A DNA stretch of 64,000 bases, taken from positions 20,591 through 84,590 of the forward strand of contig JAZKZR010000007.1 in assembly GCA_045612805.1 (NCBI GenBank), written 5' to 3'. Both the position numbers and the translations under genes were made by a program. Below the pieces are notes generated by a model. The model saw only the letters and a program-made list of their open reading frames with translations, was not told the origin of the DNA and did not search any database. Below, piece by piece: positions 27,284 to 38,721 of the stretch. Each line of letters starts with the position of its first letter. Position 1 is the first letter of the stretch. This DNA is from Candidatus Enterousia sp. GTDB lineage: Bacteria > Pseudomonadota > Alphaproteobacteria > Rs-D84.

Positions 27284-27401
27284 GGTATATAACCTCTGTG
27301 TCAGGATTAGTATCATATAAATCAAGCTTTTTTGCAATATGTTTTTGCAAAAAAAAACAGTTCTAATAATGAACTAACAATAAATAAGTAAAGGGTTTCA
27401 C

Positions 27402-27584
27402 ATGCAAACAAAAAGTAATCTGAGCTATAGAAGAAAAGATAACAATATTGTAGTAACAACAGATACTGGCAAAAGTCAAATCTTTCCAAATGCGAAAGGA
27501 GCGTATCATGCCGGCGATGAAGTGGTCGTTCATACCGCACTTGGCACTGTGCGGGTTGATAAATTCGGAAACAGAAAATACTAA
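27402..27584 (+). CDS. Small hypothetical protein (60 aa)
   Basis: AAAGGG RBS; fills the gap between the autotransporter and integrase genes. Confidence 0.5.
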   Translation: MQTKSNLSYRRKDNNIVVTTDTGKSQIFPNAKGAYHAGDEVVVHTALGTVRVDKFGNRKY

Positions 27585-27620
27585 GATTCCCAAATTTATC
27601 ATGTCGCAACCTTAGTGTAA

Positions 27621-29297
27621 TCAATCAATTTTTATGTGCGGTTTATATTTTCCTCGTTTATTATCGATGTGTTCTGGATTGATATAAAGATCTGGAATCA
27701 CCTTCTTCCAATAATTCAAATGAAGGATTTCTTCCGGGTATACAATTTTATCAACCTGGGCTTTTATCTCTTCTGTGTTGTATTTGAGATAGTGTTTGTC
27801 TCGCATGCTTTTTCCTTCCCAACCAATAATATCATCAATGAGAGAGTCGTCTATGTTTAGTTGTTTTTTTGTGCGTTTACTCACAGTGTCACGAAAAGAA
27901 TGATATGTGTACATGCAACCATCTTTTGTTACAATTCCTAATTTTTTACGTATAAACCGCAACCACGGAGCCATAAATTTTTTAGCAGGATCGCCCTTCA
28001 ATCCTGCCGCACGCTCAAAGATAAAATCTGTATCAGTTGCACCAATTTTTTTCTGACGTGCTTTGATCATGTCTACAAATCCAAAATCTAATAATTGTTG
28101 TGCTATTGGTAGTTTACGTTCACTTGCTTTGCTTTTTCTGTTTTTCTTATCATGATTCTCACGAAACCATATACATTGAATTTTGTCTTGTTCAACAATA
28201 TCGCCAAACTGTAATGTTATTCCAAAATTTGTTCTACTACCAGAAAACAAAGCCAGCAAACAGGCTAAAAATTGATCAGGATTCTTTTTGAAAAAATCGT
28301 GTTTCGGATCAAATATTTGTGCCAGTTGTGTATCATCAAAAACACCGTATACGTTCTTTTCGCCAGCAGGTGTTTCTGGTAACCTTTCGGTATAATAAAG
28401 TAAAGCATCTTCCATATAAAAATCGGGTTCTTTTTTATGAGCCTGTTTTATCACTTTGCGTAATACATCCATGGTTTTGTTTTTTGAATCGTTATTCAGA
28501 TCTGTTCTGCTTTTTAGCTCTTCAACGATTTTTGCTACAACTTTTCTATCGTTCATTTTTGAATAGTCATCATCCAAAGATAAATTTACCGGTTTCAATA
28601 AATTTGTTAGTGTTTTTGGAAAACGTTGTTGTGTGGTCTTACTATTGCGTGCTAATGATTCTGTCAAAATTTCTCGTATAGTATTCTTCGGCACTTGGGT
28701 AAAGTACTGCGGCACATAGTGATTGTTGATTGTCGACCCTACATTACTGTTTACCATTTGATCCCATGTTATTTGTCTTGGGATAAATAGTGTTTCGCAA
28801 TCGGCAAATCTTTTTTTGATGTCAGGATTTTTCTTTGCCCTAATATGATGGATTAGTATATAAAGTTTATTACGTTCTAGTTCCGCAGCTTTGCGTGCGG
28901 CATAACGTTCTGTCACTGCGGCATAACTGTCCGTTTTGCTTAGTATCATAATCTCTTCGCATTTGAAGTACCTATCGATGACTTCAATGTCTGATAAATT
29001 CTTGTATTCGTCTTCTATAATATTTGCACGATCTTCATCTGTTTGTGCAAGTTGTTTCAAATACAGATCTGTACTAATTGGATTTGTGATATCTAATTCA
29101 ACGCCATTGATACGCATATCATATTCCTTTTTCGCTAATGCCAACCTTTGAATAGCCAGGCTCAAATCACTTGTTCCCAAGCTCTTTTTTATAGAACCGA
29201 TCTTACCATCACTTTTCAAAAAAGAAATGCGAAAGTAATAAATTTTATTCCGCAAAACCAGATTTTTTATATTTACACGTCTCACTTTCGGTACCAC
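27621..29297 (-). CDS. Tyrosine recombinase/integrase with DUF6538-like N-terminal domain
   Basis: N-terminus LVLRNKIYYFR...KKSLGTSDL; catalytic set SGSR (R), KSKAS (K), YHSFR (HxxR), IIGW (H/W), KHY (Y); adjacent to the tRNA att site; GTG start. Confidence 0.92.
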   Translation of the reverse strand: MVPKVRRVNIKNLVLRNKIYYFRISFLKSDGKIGSIKKSLGTSDLSLAIQRLALAKKEYDMRINGVELDITNPISTDLYLKQLAQTDEDRANIIEDEYKNLSDIEVIDRYFKCEEIMILSKTDSYAAVTERYAARKAAELERNKLYILIHHIRAKKNPDIKKRFADCETLFIPRQITWDQMVNSNVGSTINNHYVPQYFTQVPKNTIREILTESLARNSKTTQQRFPKTLTNLLKPVNLSLDDDYSKMNDRKVVAKIVEELKSRTDLNNDSKNKTMDVLRKVIKQAHKKEPDFYMEDALLYYTERLPETPAGEKNVYGVFDDTQLAQIFDPKHDFFKKNPDQFLACLLALFSGSRTNFGITLQFGDIVEQDKIQCIWFRENHDKKNRKSKASERKLPIAQQLLDFGFVDMIKARQKKIGATDTDFIFERAAGLKGDPAKKFMAPWLRFIRKKLGIVTKDGCMYTYHSFRDTVSKRTKKQLNIDDSLIDDIIGWEGKSMRDKHYLKYNTEEIKAQVDKIVYPEEILHLNYWKKVIPDLYINPEHIDNKRGKYKPHIKID

Positions 29298-29401
29298 CTG
29301 ACTATTGTAGAGTTATTCTTTGGTTACGAAAACTCCAAGGTGGCGGAAATCCGGAAAAATCCAAATTTCGTAGTTCTGTACCATAATGAAACTATAAAAA
29401 C

Positions 29402-29430
29402 AAAAATCCCGGCTAACCGGGAAAAATTCA
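29402..29430 (-). terminator. Terminator downstream of tRNA-Val(GAC), inside the island end
   Basis: Minus strand CCCGG-ttag-CCGGG followed by ATTTTTG. Confidence 0.7.
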
Positions 29431-29507
29431 TGGTGGGTGGTATTGGACTCGAACCAACGACCTTTACGATGTCAACGTAACGCTCTAACCAACTGAGCTA
29501 ACCACCC
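29431..29507 (-). tRNA. tRNA-Val(GAC)
   Basis: GGGTGGT acceptor stem, anticodon arm TTACG-TTGACAT-CGTAA, T loop GTTCGAG, encoded ACCA. Confidence 0.97.
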
Positions 29508-29550
29508 AAACAGAACGCATTATAACAAAGAAAATCCCGATTGCAAGAAT

Positions 29551-29778
29551 TTAGTGTTCGGTATCGCTTTGCGGGAAAGTATCAACCGTTCCGGCCAATT
29601 CTTTTTCGATATCTATTCCCATTTTTTCAAATTCGTCTTCCATTTTCGACAGAACCAATTTTAACAGCAAATACATTTCACCAATTGTCATGGGATTTTG
29701 TGGTTGCTCGTAATATCGATACAGTGTTTTTATAACCGTTTGTGGTATTGGATTATTTGTGATTACCCGACTAAACAT
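29551..29778 (-). CDS. Small acidic hypothetical protein (75 aa)
   Basis: AAGGA RBS, helical composition, between mreB and tRNA-Val. Confidence 0.6.
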   Translation of the reverse strand: MFSRVITNNPIPQTVIKTLYRYYEQPQNPMTIGEMYLLLKLVLSKMEDEFEKMGIDIEKELAGTVDTFPQSDTEH

Positions 29779-29896
29779 TATTTTTTCCTTTGTTAAAAAT
29801 CATTTACAAAATCACAAAAGGTTCCATTGCAAACACCATTATACTAAACCGCCCAAAGTATTACAATGAAAAATCAAAAAATACCATAGGAAAGAA

Positions 29897-31527
<1,631 letters not shown>

Positions 31528-31544
<17 letters not shown>

Positions 31545-31764
31545 AATTCCGGCCTATGTGGGGCTGGGGCTAATCTGGGTTTACCAACATTTTATATCGC
31601 CGGCGTTCGGCGGTCGCGCGGTTTGTCGATTTACCCCGACATGCAGTGAATATACAAAAACGGCGATTTTGCGATATGGACTTATTCGTGGCACATATAT
31701 GGGAATACGCCGAATTTTGCGCTGTCGCCCGGGCGGGGGCTTTGGTTTTGACCCCGTGCCTTGA
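31528..31764 (+). CDS. yidD: Membrane protein insertion efficiency factor YidD
   Basis: [32 protein letters not shown]. Confidence 0.95.
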
Positions 31765-31828
31765 CAATTGGGGTATTAAAGATTAAAATCTGTGTGACAT
31801 AAAAGAATTTATAAAAAAGGATAAAGAA

Positions 31829-32269
31829 ATGTCATTTCGTTCAACTGTGGAATCCATGTCAAAGATTATGGACGATATGGGAATCACTGAACTTGATTTG
31901 GAACGCCAGTTTTTGTTTGGCGTGTATCGTAAACATATTCATCTTTCAAAGCAATCGGGTATCACAATGCCGACATTACCGGTGTCCGAAAACGCGAAAC
32001 ATACAAACAGTGAACCGGCCGATGCGACCACATCGGGTTATGCCCTAAAATCGCCAATGGTTGGTGTTGCGTACCTTGCCCCGGAACCGGGTGCAAAGCC
32101 GTTTACCAAGGTTGGCGCATCGATAAAGGCCGGTGATACCGTGATTTTAGTAGAGGCGATGAAGACCTTTAACCCAATCAAATCTGACAAAGATGGTGTC
32201 GTCAAAGAAATTTTGGTGACAGACGGCCAGGCGGTAGAATTTGACCAACCATTGATAATTATTGAATAA
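31829..32269 (+). CDS. accB: Biotin carboxyl carrier protein
   Basis: KSPMVGVAY, EAMKTFN biotinylation motif, VEFDQPL. Confidence 0.95.
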   Translation: MSFRSTVESMSKIMDDMGITELDLERQFLFGVYRKHIHLSKQSGITMPTLPVSENAKHTNSEPADATTSGYALKSPMVGVAYLAPEPGAKPFTKVGASIKAGDTVILVEAMKTFNPIKSDKDGVVKEILVTDGQAVEFDQPLIIIE

Positions 32270-32277
32270 GAAAAACT

Positions 32278-33636
32278 ATGCCAAAAATAAAGAAAGTTTT
32301 AATTGCCAATCGTGGCGAAATTGCGTTGCGAATAATTCGCGCGTGCCGTGATATGGGTATTCGAACGGTTGCGGTATATTCCACCGTTGACCGTGATGCG
32401 ATGCATGTGCAATTGGCGGATGAATCGGTGTGCATTGGGCCCGGGCCATCCAAAGAATCATATCTTAATGAATCTGCGATATTGACGGCGGCGTTGCTTA
32501 CCAATGCGGATGCAATTCATCCCGGTTACGGGTTTTTATCTGAACGCGCGGACTTTGTGCAAAAGGTTGAACAACATGGTTTAATCTGGATTGGGCCGGA
32601 CGCGGCGATGATAAATAAAATGGGCGACAAAGTGAACGCAAAAAAGACCGCGATTGAATGCGGATTGCCGGTTGTGCCGGGGTCTGATGGGGCGGTCGAT
32701 ACGGTCGAAGACGCACTAAAATGGGCAAAAAAAATCGGATATCCGGTTATGTTAAAGGCGGCGGCCGGTGGTGGTGGTCGTGGAATGCGTCCCGTTATGT
32801 CTGCGGACGAAATGGGCGAAGCGTTTGAAATTACCAAGAACGAGGCGCGCAGTGGTTTTGGTGACGACACGCTTTATATGGAAAAATTATTGTTGCACCC
32901 GCGGCATATTGAATTTCAGGTCTTGGGTGACAAACACGGCAATGTTGTTATATTTGGCGAACGCGATTGTTCGTTGCAACGCAAAAATCAAAAACTTATG
33001 GAGGAATGCCCCGCCGCCGCCCTTACACAAAAACAGCGCGACGATATGATTGAAATTTGCAAAACGGCGGCCAAGAAAATGGGCTATACCAACGCCGGCA
33101 CATTTGAATTTATGTACGAAGATGGCAAGTTTTATTTTCTTGAAATGAACACGCGGCTTCAGGTTGAACACCCCGTGACCGAAATGGTTTATGGTGTTGA
33201 TTTGGTTCGCGAACAAATTCGCGTTGCGGCGGGCGAAAAATTGGGGTATACCCAGGCAAATGTTATTCCGCATGGTCATGCGATTGAATTTCGAATCAAT
33301 GCCGAAGACCCGGAAACTTTTGTGCCCTGCCCCGGTAAAATCACACTTTACGCACCGTCGGGCGGACTTGGCGTGCGCGTGGACAGTGCGGTTTACACCG
33401 GATACACAATTCCACCAACATACGATTCCATGATTGCAAAGTTGATTGTTCATGCGCAAACGCGGTCTGCGTGTATTATGCGTGCGGAACGTGCACTGGA
33501 CGAATTTGTTATCGAAGGTGTGAAAACAACAATCCCCCTACAGAAAAAATTGCTAAACAACCGCGATGTCCGGACACTAAATTTTGATAATCATTGGTTG
33601 GAAGCATATTTGAAAAAAGAAAATAAAAAGAAGTAA
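32278..33636 (+). CDS. accC: Biotin carboxylase
   Basis: ANRGEIALR, HPGYGFLSE, GGGGRGMR, ERDCSLQRKNQK, EMNTRLQVEHPVTE, YDSMIAKL. Confidence 0.97.
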   Translation: MPKIKKVLIANRGEIALRIIRACRDMGIRTVAVYSTVDRDAMHVQLADESVCIGPGPSKESYLNESAILTAALLTNADAIHPGYGFLSERADFVQKVEQHGLIWIGPDAAMINKMGDKVNAKKTAIECGLPVVPGSDGAVDTVEDALKWAKKIGYPVMLKAAAGGGGRGMRPVMSADEMGEAFEITKNEARSGFGDDTLYMEKLLLHPRHIEFQVLGDKHGNVVIFGERDCSLQRKNQKLMEECPAAALTQKQRDDMIEICKTAAKKMGYTNAGTFEFMYEDGKFYFLEMNTRLQVEHPVTEMVYGVDLVREQIRVAAGEKLGYTQANVIPHGHAIEFRINAEDPETFVPCPGKITLYAPSGGLGVRVDSAVYTGYTIPPTYDSMIAKLIVHAQTRSACIMRAERALDEFVIEGVKTTIPLQKKLLNNRDVRTLNFDNHWLEAYLKKENKKK

Positions 33637-33643
33637 GTTGTAC

Positions 33644-34108
33644 TTACTTCTTCCTCTTCCTAAATTCGTCCAATGACACAACGCGGCCGTCGTCCGGAAT
33701 TGTGTCACCGGTGCCGTCTAATGGCAATTCAATATCGTTATCCGGTGCGTTGCGTTCGGGGCCTTTGTGGAAAGATAACATAAAATCAACCGATGGATCT
33801 TTGAATTCAACCAATGCCGAAAATGGAACGCGAATAAAGAACGGTCGGCCATCAAATGTCAATTGAACCCCGAATTCTTTGTCCGACACATGCAGGTTAT
33901 TATACGAATACTGTAATACAATCGTCATAATGTCTGGATATCGTATACGCAGGAAGTCCGGCAACACAACCCCCGCATCATGCGTGCGAAATGTTATAAA
34001 AAAATGCATCCCGTCCCCAAGGCCGTTTATCTGTGCATGAATCAATGCTTCGCGCACAACGGATTTTAACGCGTTATCTAACAATGATTGATAATCAATT
34101 CGTGCCAT
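33644..34108 (-). CDS. sspB: ClpXP adaptor SspB, alphaproteobacterial type
   Basis: IDYQ.L...AL..VVR, HFFITFRT..GV.LP..L..RYP..MTIVLQ, C-terminal VVSLDEFRKRK. Confidence 0.88.
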   Translation of the reverse strand: MARIDYQSLLDNALKSVVREALIHAQINGLGDGMHFFITFRTHDAGVVLPDFLRIRYPDIMTIVLQYSYNNLHVSDKEFGVQLTFDGRPFFIRVPFSALVEFKDPSVDFMLSFHKGPERNAPDNDIELPLDGTGDTIPDDGRVVSLDEFRKRKK

Positions 34109-35194
34109 TTATTCTTCCCCTTGTCCACCGATTATAGGACTTACTTTATCCCTTGTGCAAGTGACAAATGTTGCGTCCGAAATATCGGCAAAATTATCCG
34201 CGTCTATGCCGGTTGCCCAAACCTGGGCCGATGCATCGCGCAGTTCGTCAAATAATTTTTTGCGTGCGTTTTTATCCAAATGCGCAACCGCTTCGTCAAG
34301 CAAGATTATCGGATTTGCACCTGTCTTGGTATGAACAAGTTTCGCATGCGCCAATATCATTTTTAATAACAATGTTTTTTGCTGGCCGGTGCTGGTAAGG
34401 TTCGCGGGCAAATTTAATTCGCGGTTGAATACTCCAAAGTCCGATTTGTTTACACCGTCCAAAATCATTTTATCGTTTACCAATTCGCGATTGTTTCTAA
34501 GATAATCTAAATACTTTCTTTCGGCCGCCCCCGCGCCGGATTCCATAATCATCGATTCAACCAACCCATCAACCGAAACGGCGGCATCGGTTAAAAAGAA
34601 ATTTATTTCGCCGGCGTATTGAATGCGTGCGGCGGCAATCGCAACCGCGGTCGCGGCAATTTGCGCGTCCAATGCATCAACCCATTTTGCATTTGCGCCC
34701 GCCTTTAATGCACCCGCCCTTTCGGACAGCAATTTCGCATGTCGCGCCACGCGCCCGCCGTGCGCGGAATCAAAACTTGCGACCAACCTATCAAAAAACG
34801 CCCGTCTATCGGACGCGGCATCAATAAAGATTCTGTCTTCGCGTGGGGTTATCCAAACAATGCGTGTGTGTGATGCCAAATCGGACAGTGTTGCCGCATC
34901 GCCGTCAACCCGCGCATGCCGGTTTGAATCACCGTTGTTAAAATAGACACAAATTTCCGTATCATCACAAAGTTCCGCAATTACCGAAAAACCACCATCG
35001 CCATCGAAACGCGCAATATCTGTCATTGGTGCACCACGCATACCGCGGTCGCCGGACAGCATGGATACGGCCTCTATGATTGCGGTCTTGCCGGTTCCGT
35101 TTGCGCCGGTAATGATAATGTTCCTGTGCCCACCCGTCGCAAAACGGCACGAAGTATGATTTCGAAAATTGGTCAACGCAAGGTTTTTTATCAT
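34109..35194 (-). CDS. recF: DNA replication and repair protein RecF
   Basis: LTNFRNH, Walker A GANGTGKT, RRAFFDRLV, STGQQKTLL, LLDEAVAHLD. Confidence 0.92.
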   Translation of the reverse strand: MIKNLALTNFRNHTSCRFATGGHRNIIITGANGTGKTAIIEAVSMLSGDRGMRGAPMTDIARFDGDGGFSVIAELCDDTEICVYFNNGDSNRHARVDGDAATLSDLASHTRIVWITPREDRIFIDAASDRRAFFDRLVASFDSAHGGRVARHAKLLSERAGALKAGANAKWVDALDAQIAATAVAIAAARIQYAGEINFFLTDAAVSVDGLVESMIMESGAGAAERKYLDYLRNNRELVNDKMILDGVNKSDFGVFNRELNLPANLTSTGQQKTLLLKMILAHAKLVHTKTGANPIILLDEAVAHLDKNARKKLFDELRDASAQVWATGIDADNFADISDATFVTCTRDKVSPIIGGQGEE

Positions 35195-35304
35195 ATTTTT
35201 ATCAATAATTTATTGATTCAGATTAAAAACTTTTATGATGTTTTGCAAGTATAAAAAATCCCGGAAAACAAAGAAAAAAAGCGACATTGTCGCCCTTTGA
35301 AAAT

Positions 35305-35378
35305 TGGAGGCTTGGGTCGGAATCGAACCGGCATACAAGGATTTGCAGTCCTCTGCATAACCACTCTGCCACCAAGCC
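35305..35378 (-). tRNA. tRNA-Cys(GCA)
   Basis: GGCTTGG acceptor stem, anticodon arm GAGGA-CTGCAAA-TCCTT, U73 discriminator, encoded CCA. Confidence 0.97.
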
Positions 35379-35464
35379 ATGCATAGCCATTTTATCCTAG
35401 CAAAATAAATTTATTTTTCAACATAAAAAATATATAATGAAAACACCAAAAGGTCAAGTGGGAA

Positions 35465-36790
35465 ATGAATTTTACAAAACTTTCTTTACTGCTGGTTTTT
35501 ATTCCTATATTCGCGCATGGCGGGAACGATGATTGTGTGTCGCGAAAAACTGTGCCGGACAAAGTGTTGGATTTGTCTATGGTTGTTGAACTTGGGCTTT
35601 GTCGTAATCCGGAAACCATGTCGGCGTATTATGCGATGGAATCGGCGCGGTATAATAAAAACGCAGGGTACGCAAGTTATTTGCCGGCGGTAAATGGAAG
35701 TGCCGATATAAACAAAAACTATCAAAATCATGATTGGCAAGATTGGCAATATGGCGCATCAATTTCCGCATCGTATTTGATATTTGACTTTGGCAAAAGG
35801 TTGTCGGATTTGAACCAATTGTCGTCCACATGGCGCGCGATGGGTTTTGATTATGACGACCGTGTGCAAAACTATGTATACGGCGTAATTGGTGCATATT
35901 ACGCGTTGCTAAATGCGGACGCGGATGTTGAAAGCGCAAAATCACTTCGCGCCGTTGCCCAGGTTGCACTCGATACAGCAAACAAAAAATATAAGGCCGG
36001 CGTTGTCGCGCGCGCCGATGTATTAAAGGCGGAAACCGCAATGGCAAGTCGCAATCTGGATTTGGAACGTGCAAAAAATAATCGCGCGGTGGCCAAAGGC
36101 GTGCTGCTTACGAAACTTTCTTTTCCGGCGGACGGCGAAATTACAATTGCGGATATGTCGGGCGATTTTGGGCGTGTGCGCGAAAATCGTGGCATTGATG
36201 AACTTATTGCGATTGCGCGTGAAAAGCGCCCTGACCTGCTGCGTGCGGCGGCAAACAAAGACGCCGCGTGGCATCGCCGCAATTCAATGTTCCTAAAAAA
36301 TTTACCAAGTATAAGTGCGACCGGAACACTTTCGTGGCGCGACAACAATCGGGATTATATTTATGACGACAATGCACACACCGGCGGCAGTATTGGTATC
36401 CGTGCATCCATGCCGATATTCGCCGGATTCGCAAATATGTATGGCGTAAAAAGTGCAACGGCATCATATGATGCGGCAACGGAAAATCTGCGCACAACGA
36501 AAGATAATGCAACGCTTGATGTATTCACGGCATATCAAAATTATAAAACCGCCCAGACCGTTTTATCACAAACAGAAACATTACTAAAATCCGCAACGGA
36601 ATCAGAACGCGTGACCGCTGGCATGTATCGGGTTGGACGCGCAACAATGCTTGATTGGCAAACGGCGCAATCGGAACTTGTGTCCGCGCAAAAGCAAAAC
36701 AACGCGGCGAAATATGATTTGTTTGTAAAGCGTGCGGCGGTGGCACTTGCCATTGGCGACATAAAATCGGAAATAGAAAAGGAACAATAA
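35465..36790 (+). CDS. TolC-family outer membrane efflux channel
   Basis: Signal peptide, two helical repeats, YLIFDFG and MPIFAGF beta motifs; first gene of an MFP/ABC operon. Confidence 0.88.
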   Translation: MNFTKLSLLLVFIPIFAHGGNDDCVSRKTVPDKVLDLSMVVELGLCRNPETMSAYYAMESARYNKNAGYASYLPAVNGSADINKNYQNHDWQDWQYGASISASYLIFDFGKRLSDLNQLSSTWRAMGFDYDDRVQNYVYGVIGAYYALLNADADVESAKSLRAVAQVALDTANKKYKAGVVARADVLKAETAMASRNLDLERAKNNRAVAKGVLLTKLSFPADGEITIADMSGDFGRVRENRGIDELIAIAREKRPDLLRAAANKDAAWHRRNSMFLKNLPSISATGTLSWRDNNRDYIYDDNAHTGGSIGIRASMPIFAGFANMYGVKSATASYDAATENLRTTKDNATLDVFTAYQNYKTAQTVLSQTETLLKSATESERVTAGMYRVGRATMLDWQTAQSELVSAQKQNNAAKYDLFVKRAAVALAIGDIKSEIEKEQ

Positions 36791-37974
36791 TGGCGAAAGA
36801 AAAAAGGCGGTCTTTTATTCGTCGATTTTTTGGTTGGATTTGGCGACACAAATGGTGGGCGCTTGCGGTCGTCATAATTTTATTGATTGGCGGCACATGG
36901 TGGATTATCGCGTCAATTGGTGACAGGGTTGAATATGTGACCGTTGGTGTCACGCGTGGTGATATAAAACATGTTGTGACCGCAACCGGCGAAATAAACC
37001 CGGTAAATACCGTAAGTGTTGGTTCCCAAGTTTCCGGCACAATTGAAAACATCTATGTTGATTATAATTCGCGCGTGACCAAGGGGCAATTATTGCTTGA
37101 AATCGAACCGTCTGTATTACAGGCGACCGTTGATGAATCGCTTGCCGCATTGGAATCGGCGAAATCGCAATTAAACCTTGCGAAAAATGATTATGAACGA
37201 AATAAAACACTGTATGATTCCGGATATATTGCGCGCGCGGAAATGGAACAATCGCAAACCAATTATGAACAGGCCGCACAAAGTGTAAAGCGTATGGAAT
37301 CGCAATATGAACGCGCGGTGACGAACCTTTCGTATGCAACAATAACTTCGCCGGTCGATGGCACGGTTATTTCGCGCAAGGTTGATAAAGGTCAAACGGT
37401 TGCGGCATCTTTTCAAACGCCCGACCTGTTCGAAATTGCCGAAGATTTATCGAAAATGCAAATCGAAACCGCCGTATCAGAGGCCGATATTGGCGTAATC
37501 AAAGAAGGTCAAAACGTCACCTTTACCGTTGACGCATACCCACGAAAAACATTTAACGGTATTGTGAAACAGGTTCGCCTTTCGCCGACAACAACATCAA
37601 ATGTCGTGGTATATACCGTCGTGATTGATGTGGATAATTCTGATTTGAACCTTATGCCCGGTATGACCGCGTTTGTGACGATAATGATAGATTCGGCGGC
37701 CGATGTTTGGAAAACACAAAATGCGGCGTTTCTTGTTCGTAATTTCAAAAATATCATCGTGGACGCGCCGGACAATGTAAATCCAAACGAATATATTGCG
37801 GTCCTGCGCGATGATAAACCGGTGTTTATTAAATACACCAAGGGTTTAATAACCGCAACCGAAACACAAATTGTGTCCGATGAATTAAAGGCGGATGACC
37901 GCATAATCGTTGGACGCGTGGGTCAATCAACAAGTTCCGCCGCAACCGCTGCGCGCCGGCGCGGACCGTTCTAA
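36790..37974 (+). CDS. MacA-like membrane fusion protein
   Basis: N-terminal TM, VGSQVSG.I...VDYNS.V.KGQLL, ITSPVDGTV, GQTVAASFQTP. Confidence 0.92.
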   Translation: MAKEKRRSFIRRFFGWIWRHKWWALAVVIILLIGGTWWIIASIGDRVEYVTVGVTRGDIKHVVTATGEINPVNTVSVGSQVSGTIENIYVDYNSRVTKGQLLLEIEPSVLQATVDESLAALESAKSQLNLAKNDYERNKTLYDSGYIARAEMEQSQTNYEQAAQSVKRMESQYERAVTNLSYATITSPVDGTVISRKVDKGQTVAASFQTPDLFEIAEDLSKMQIETAVSEADIGVIKEGQNVTFTVDAYPRKTFNGIVKQVRLSPTTTSNVVVYTVVIDVDNSDLNLMPGMTAFVTIMIDSAADVWKTQNAAFLVRNFKNIIVDAPDNVNPNEYIAVLRDDKPVFIKYTKGLITATETQIVSDELKADDRIIVGRVGQSTSSAATAARRRGPF

Positions 37975-37979
37975 GGCAA

Positions 37980-38720
37980 ATGAAAAAGACACAAAACATA
38001 ATTTCGATGAATAAAATTTGCAAAAGTTTTCCGTTGGAAATCGGTGGTGTGCAACAGGTTTTGTTTGATGTGACATTTGATATTTCCGCCGGTGAATTTG
38101 TTGCAATTATGGGGCCATCGGGTTCCGGAAAATCAACATGTATGAATATCATCGGTGCGCTGGATACGCCAACATCCGGCGTATACGAATTGTATGGAAA
38201 AAATATAACGAATATGACACCCGATGATTTGGCGGTTGTTCGTAACGAATATATCGGTTTTGTTTTTCAAAATTTTAACCTGCTTTCAAAGCGAAATGTT
38301 TTGGACAATGTTATGTTGCCCCTAATGTATCGTGGTATGTCCCCGGACGAACGAATTCGCCGTTCGCGTGAAATGTTGCGGCGCGTGGGACTTGAAAATT
38401 TTGAAACATATTTACCAACGCAACTTTCGGGTGGTATGAAGCAACGCGTTGCAATCGCGCGGGCGCTTGCGGGTGACCCGAAACTAATTTTGGCGGACGA
38501 ACCGACGGGTGCACTGGATTCAAAAATGGGAAATGAAATCTTAAAATTTTTCAAAGAACTGAACAATGATTTGGGAATCACAATAATTATGATAACGCAC
38601 GAATTTGACACCGCGCAATATGCAAACCGACTTATCCACATTTATGACGGGCGAATAAATTATGACGGCGCGGTCCCGAAAACCGAAGATGCACTAAACC
38701 GAAAAACGCACAGGAAATAA
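37980..38720 (+). CDS. ABC transporter ATP-binding subunit (MacB/LolD-like)
   Basis: GPSGSGKST, LSGGMKQRVAIARAL, ILADEPTGALD. Confidence 0.95.
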   Translation: MKKTQNIISMNKICKSFPLEIGGVQQVLFDVTFDISAGEFVAIMGPSGSGKSTCMNIIGALDTPTSGVYELYGKNITNMTPDDLAVVRNEYIGFVFQNFNLLSKRNVLDNVMLPLMYRGMSPDERIRRSREMLRRVGLENFETYLPTQLSGGMKQRVAIARALAGDPKLILADEPTGALDSKMGNEILKFFKELNNDLGITIIMITHEFDTAQYANRLIHIYDGRINYDGAVPKTEDALNRKTHRK

Positions 38721-38721
38721 T

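Larger units (their letters stand above)
20720..29446. mobile_element. Integrative element (8711 bp between att cores) in tRNA-Val(GAC)
   Basis: 16 bp direct repeats; tyrosine integrase next to the tRNA; Rep-like HUH protein; resolvase; visibly more AT-rich with different codon usage than the flanks. Confidence 0.9.

Noticed and set aside
20786-29375. GTACCA-like motifs at both island ends as integrase arm sites (20791, 20823, 29291, 29368)
   Set aside because: Too short to separate from chance without an alignment of related elements
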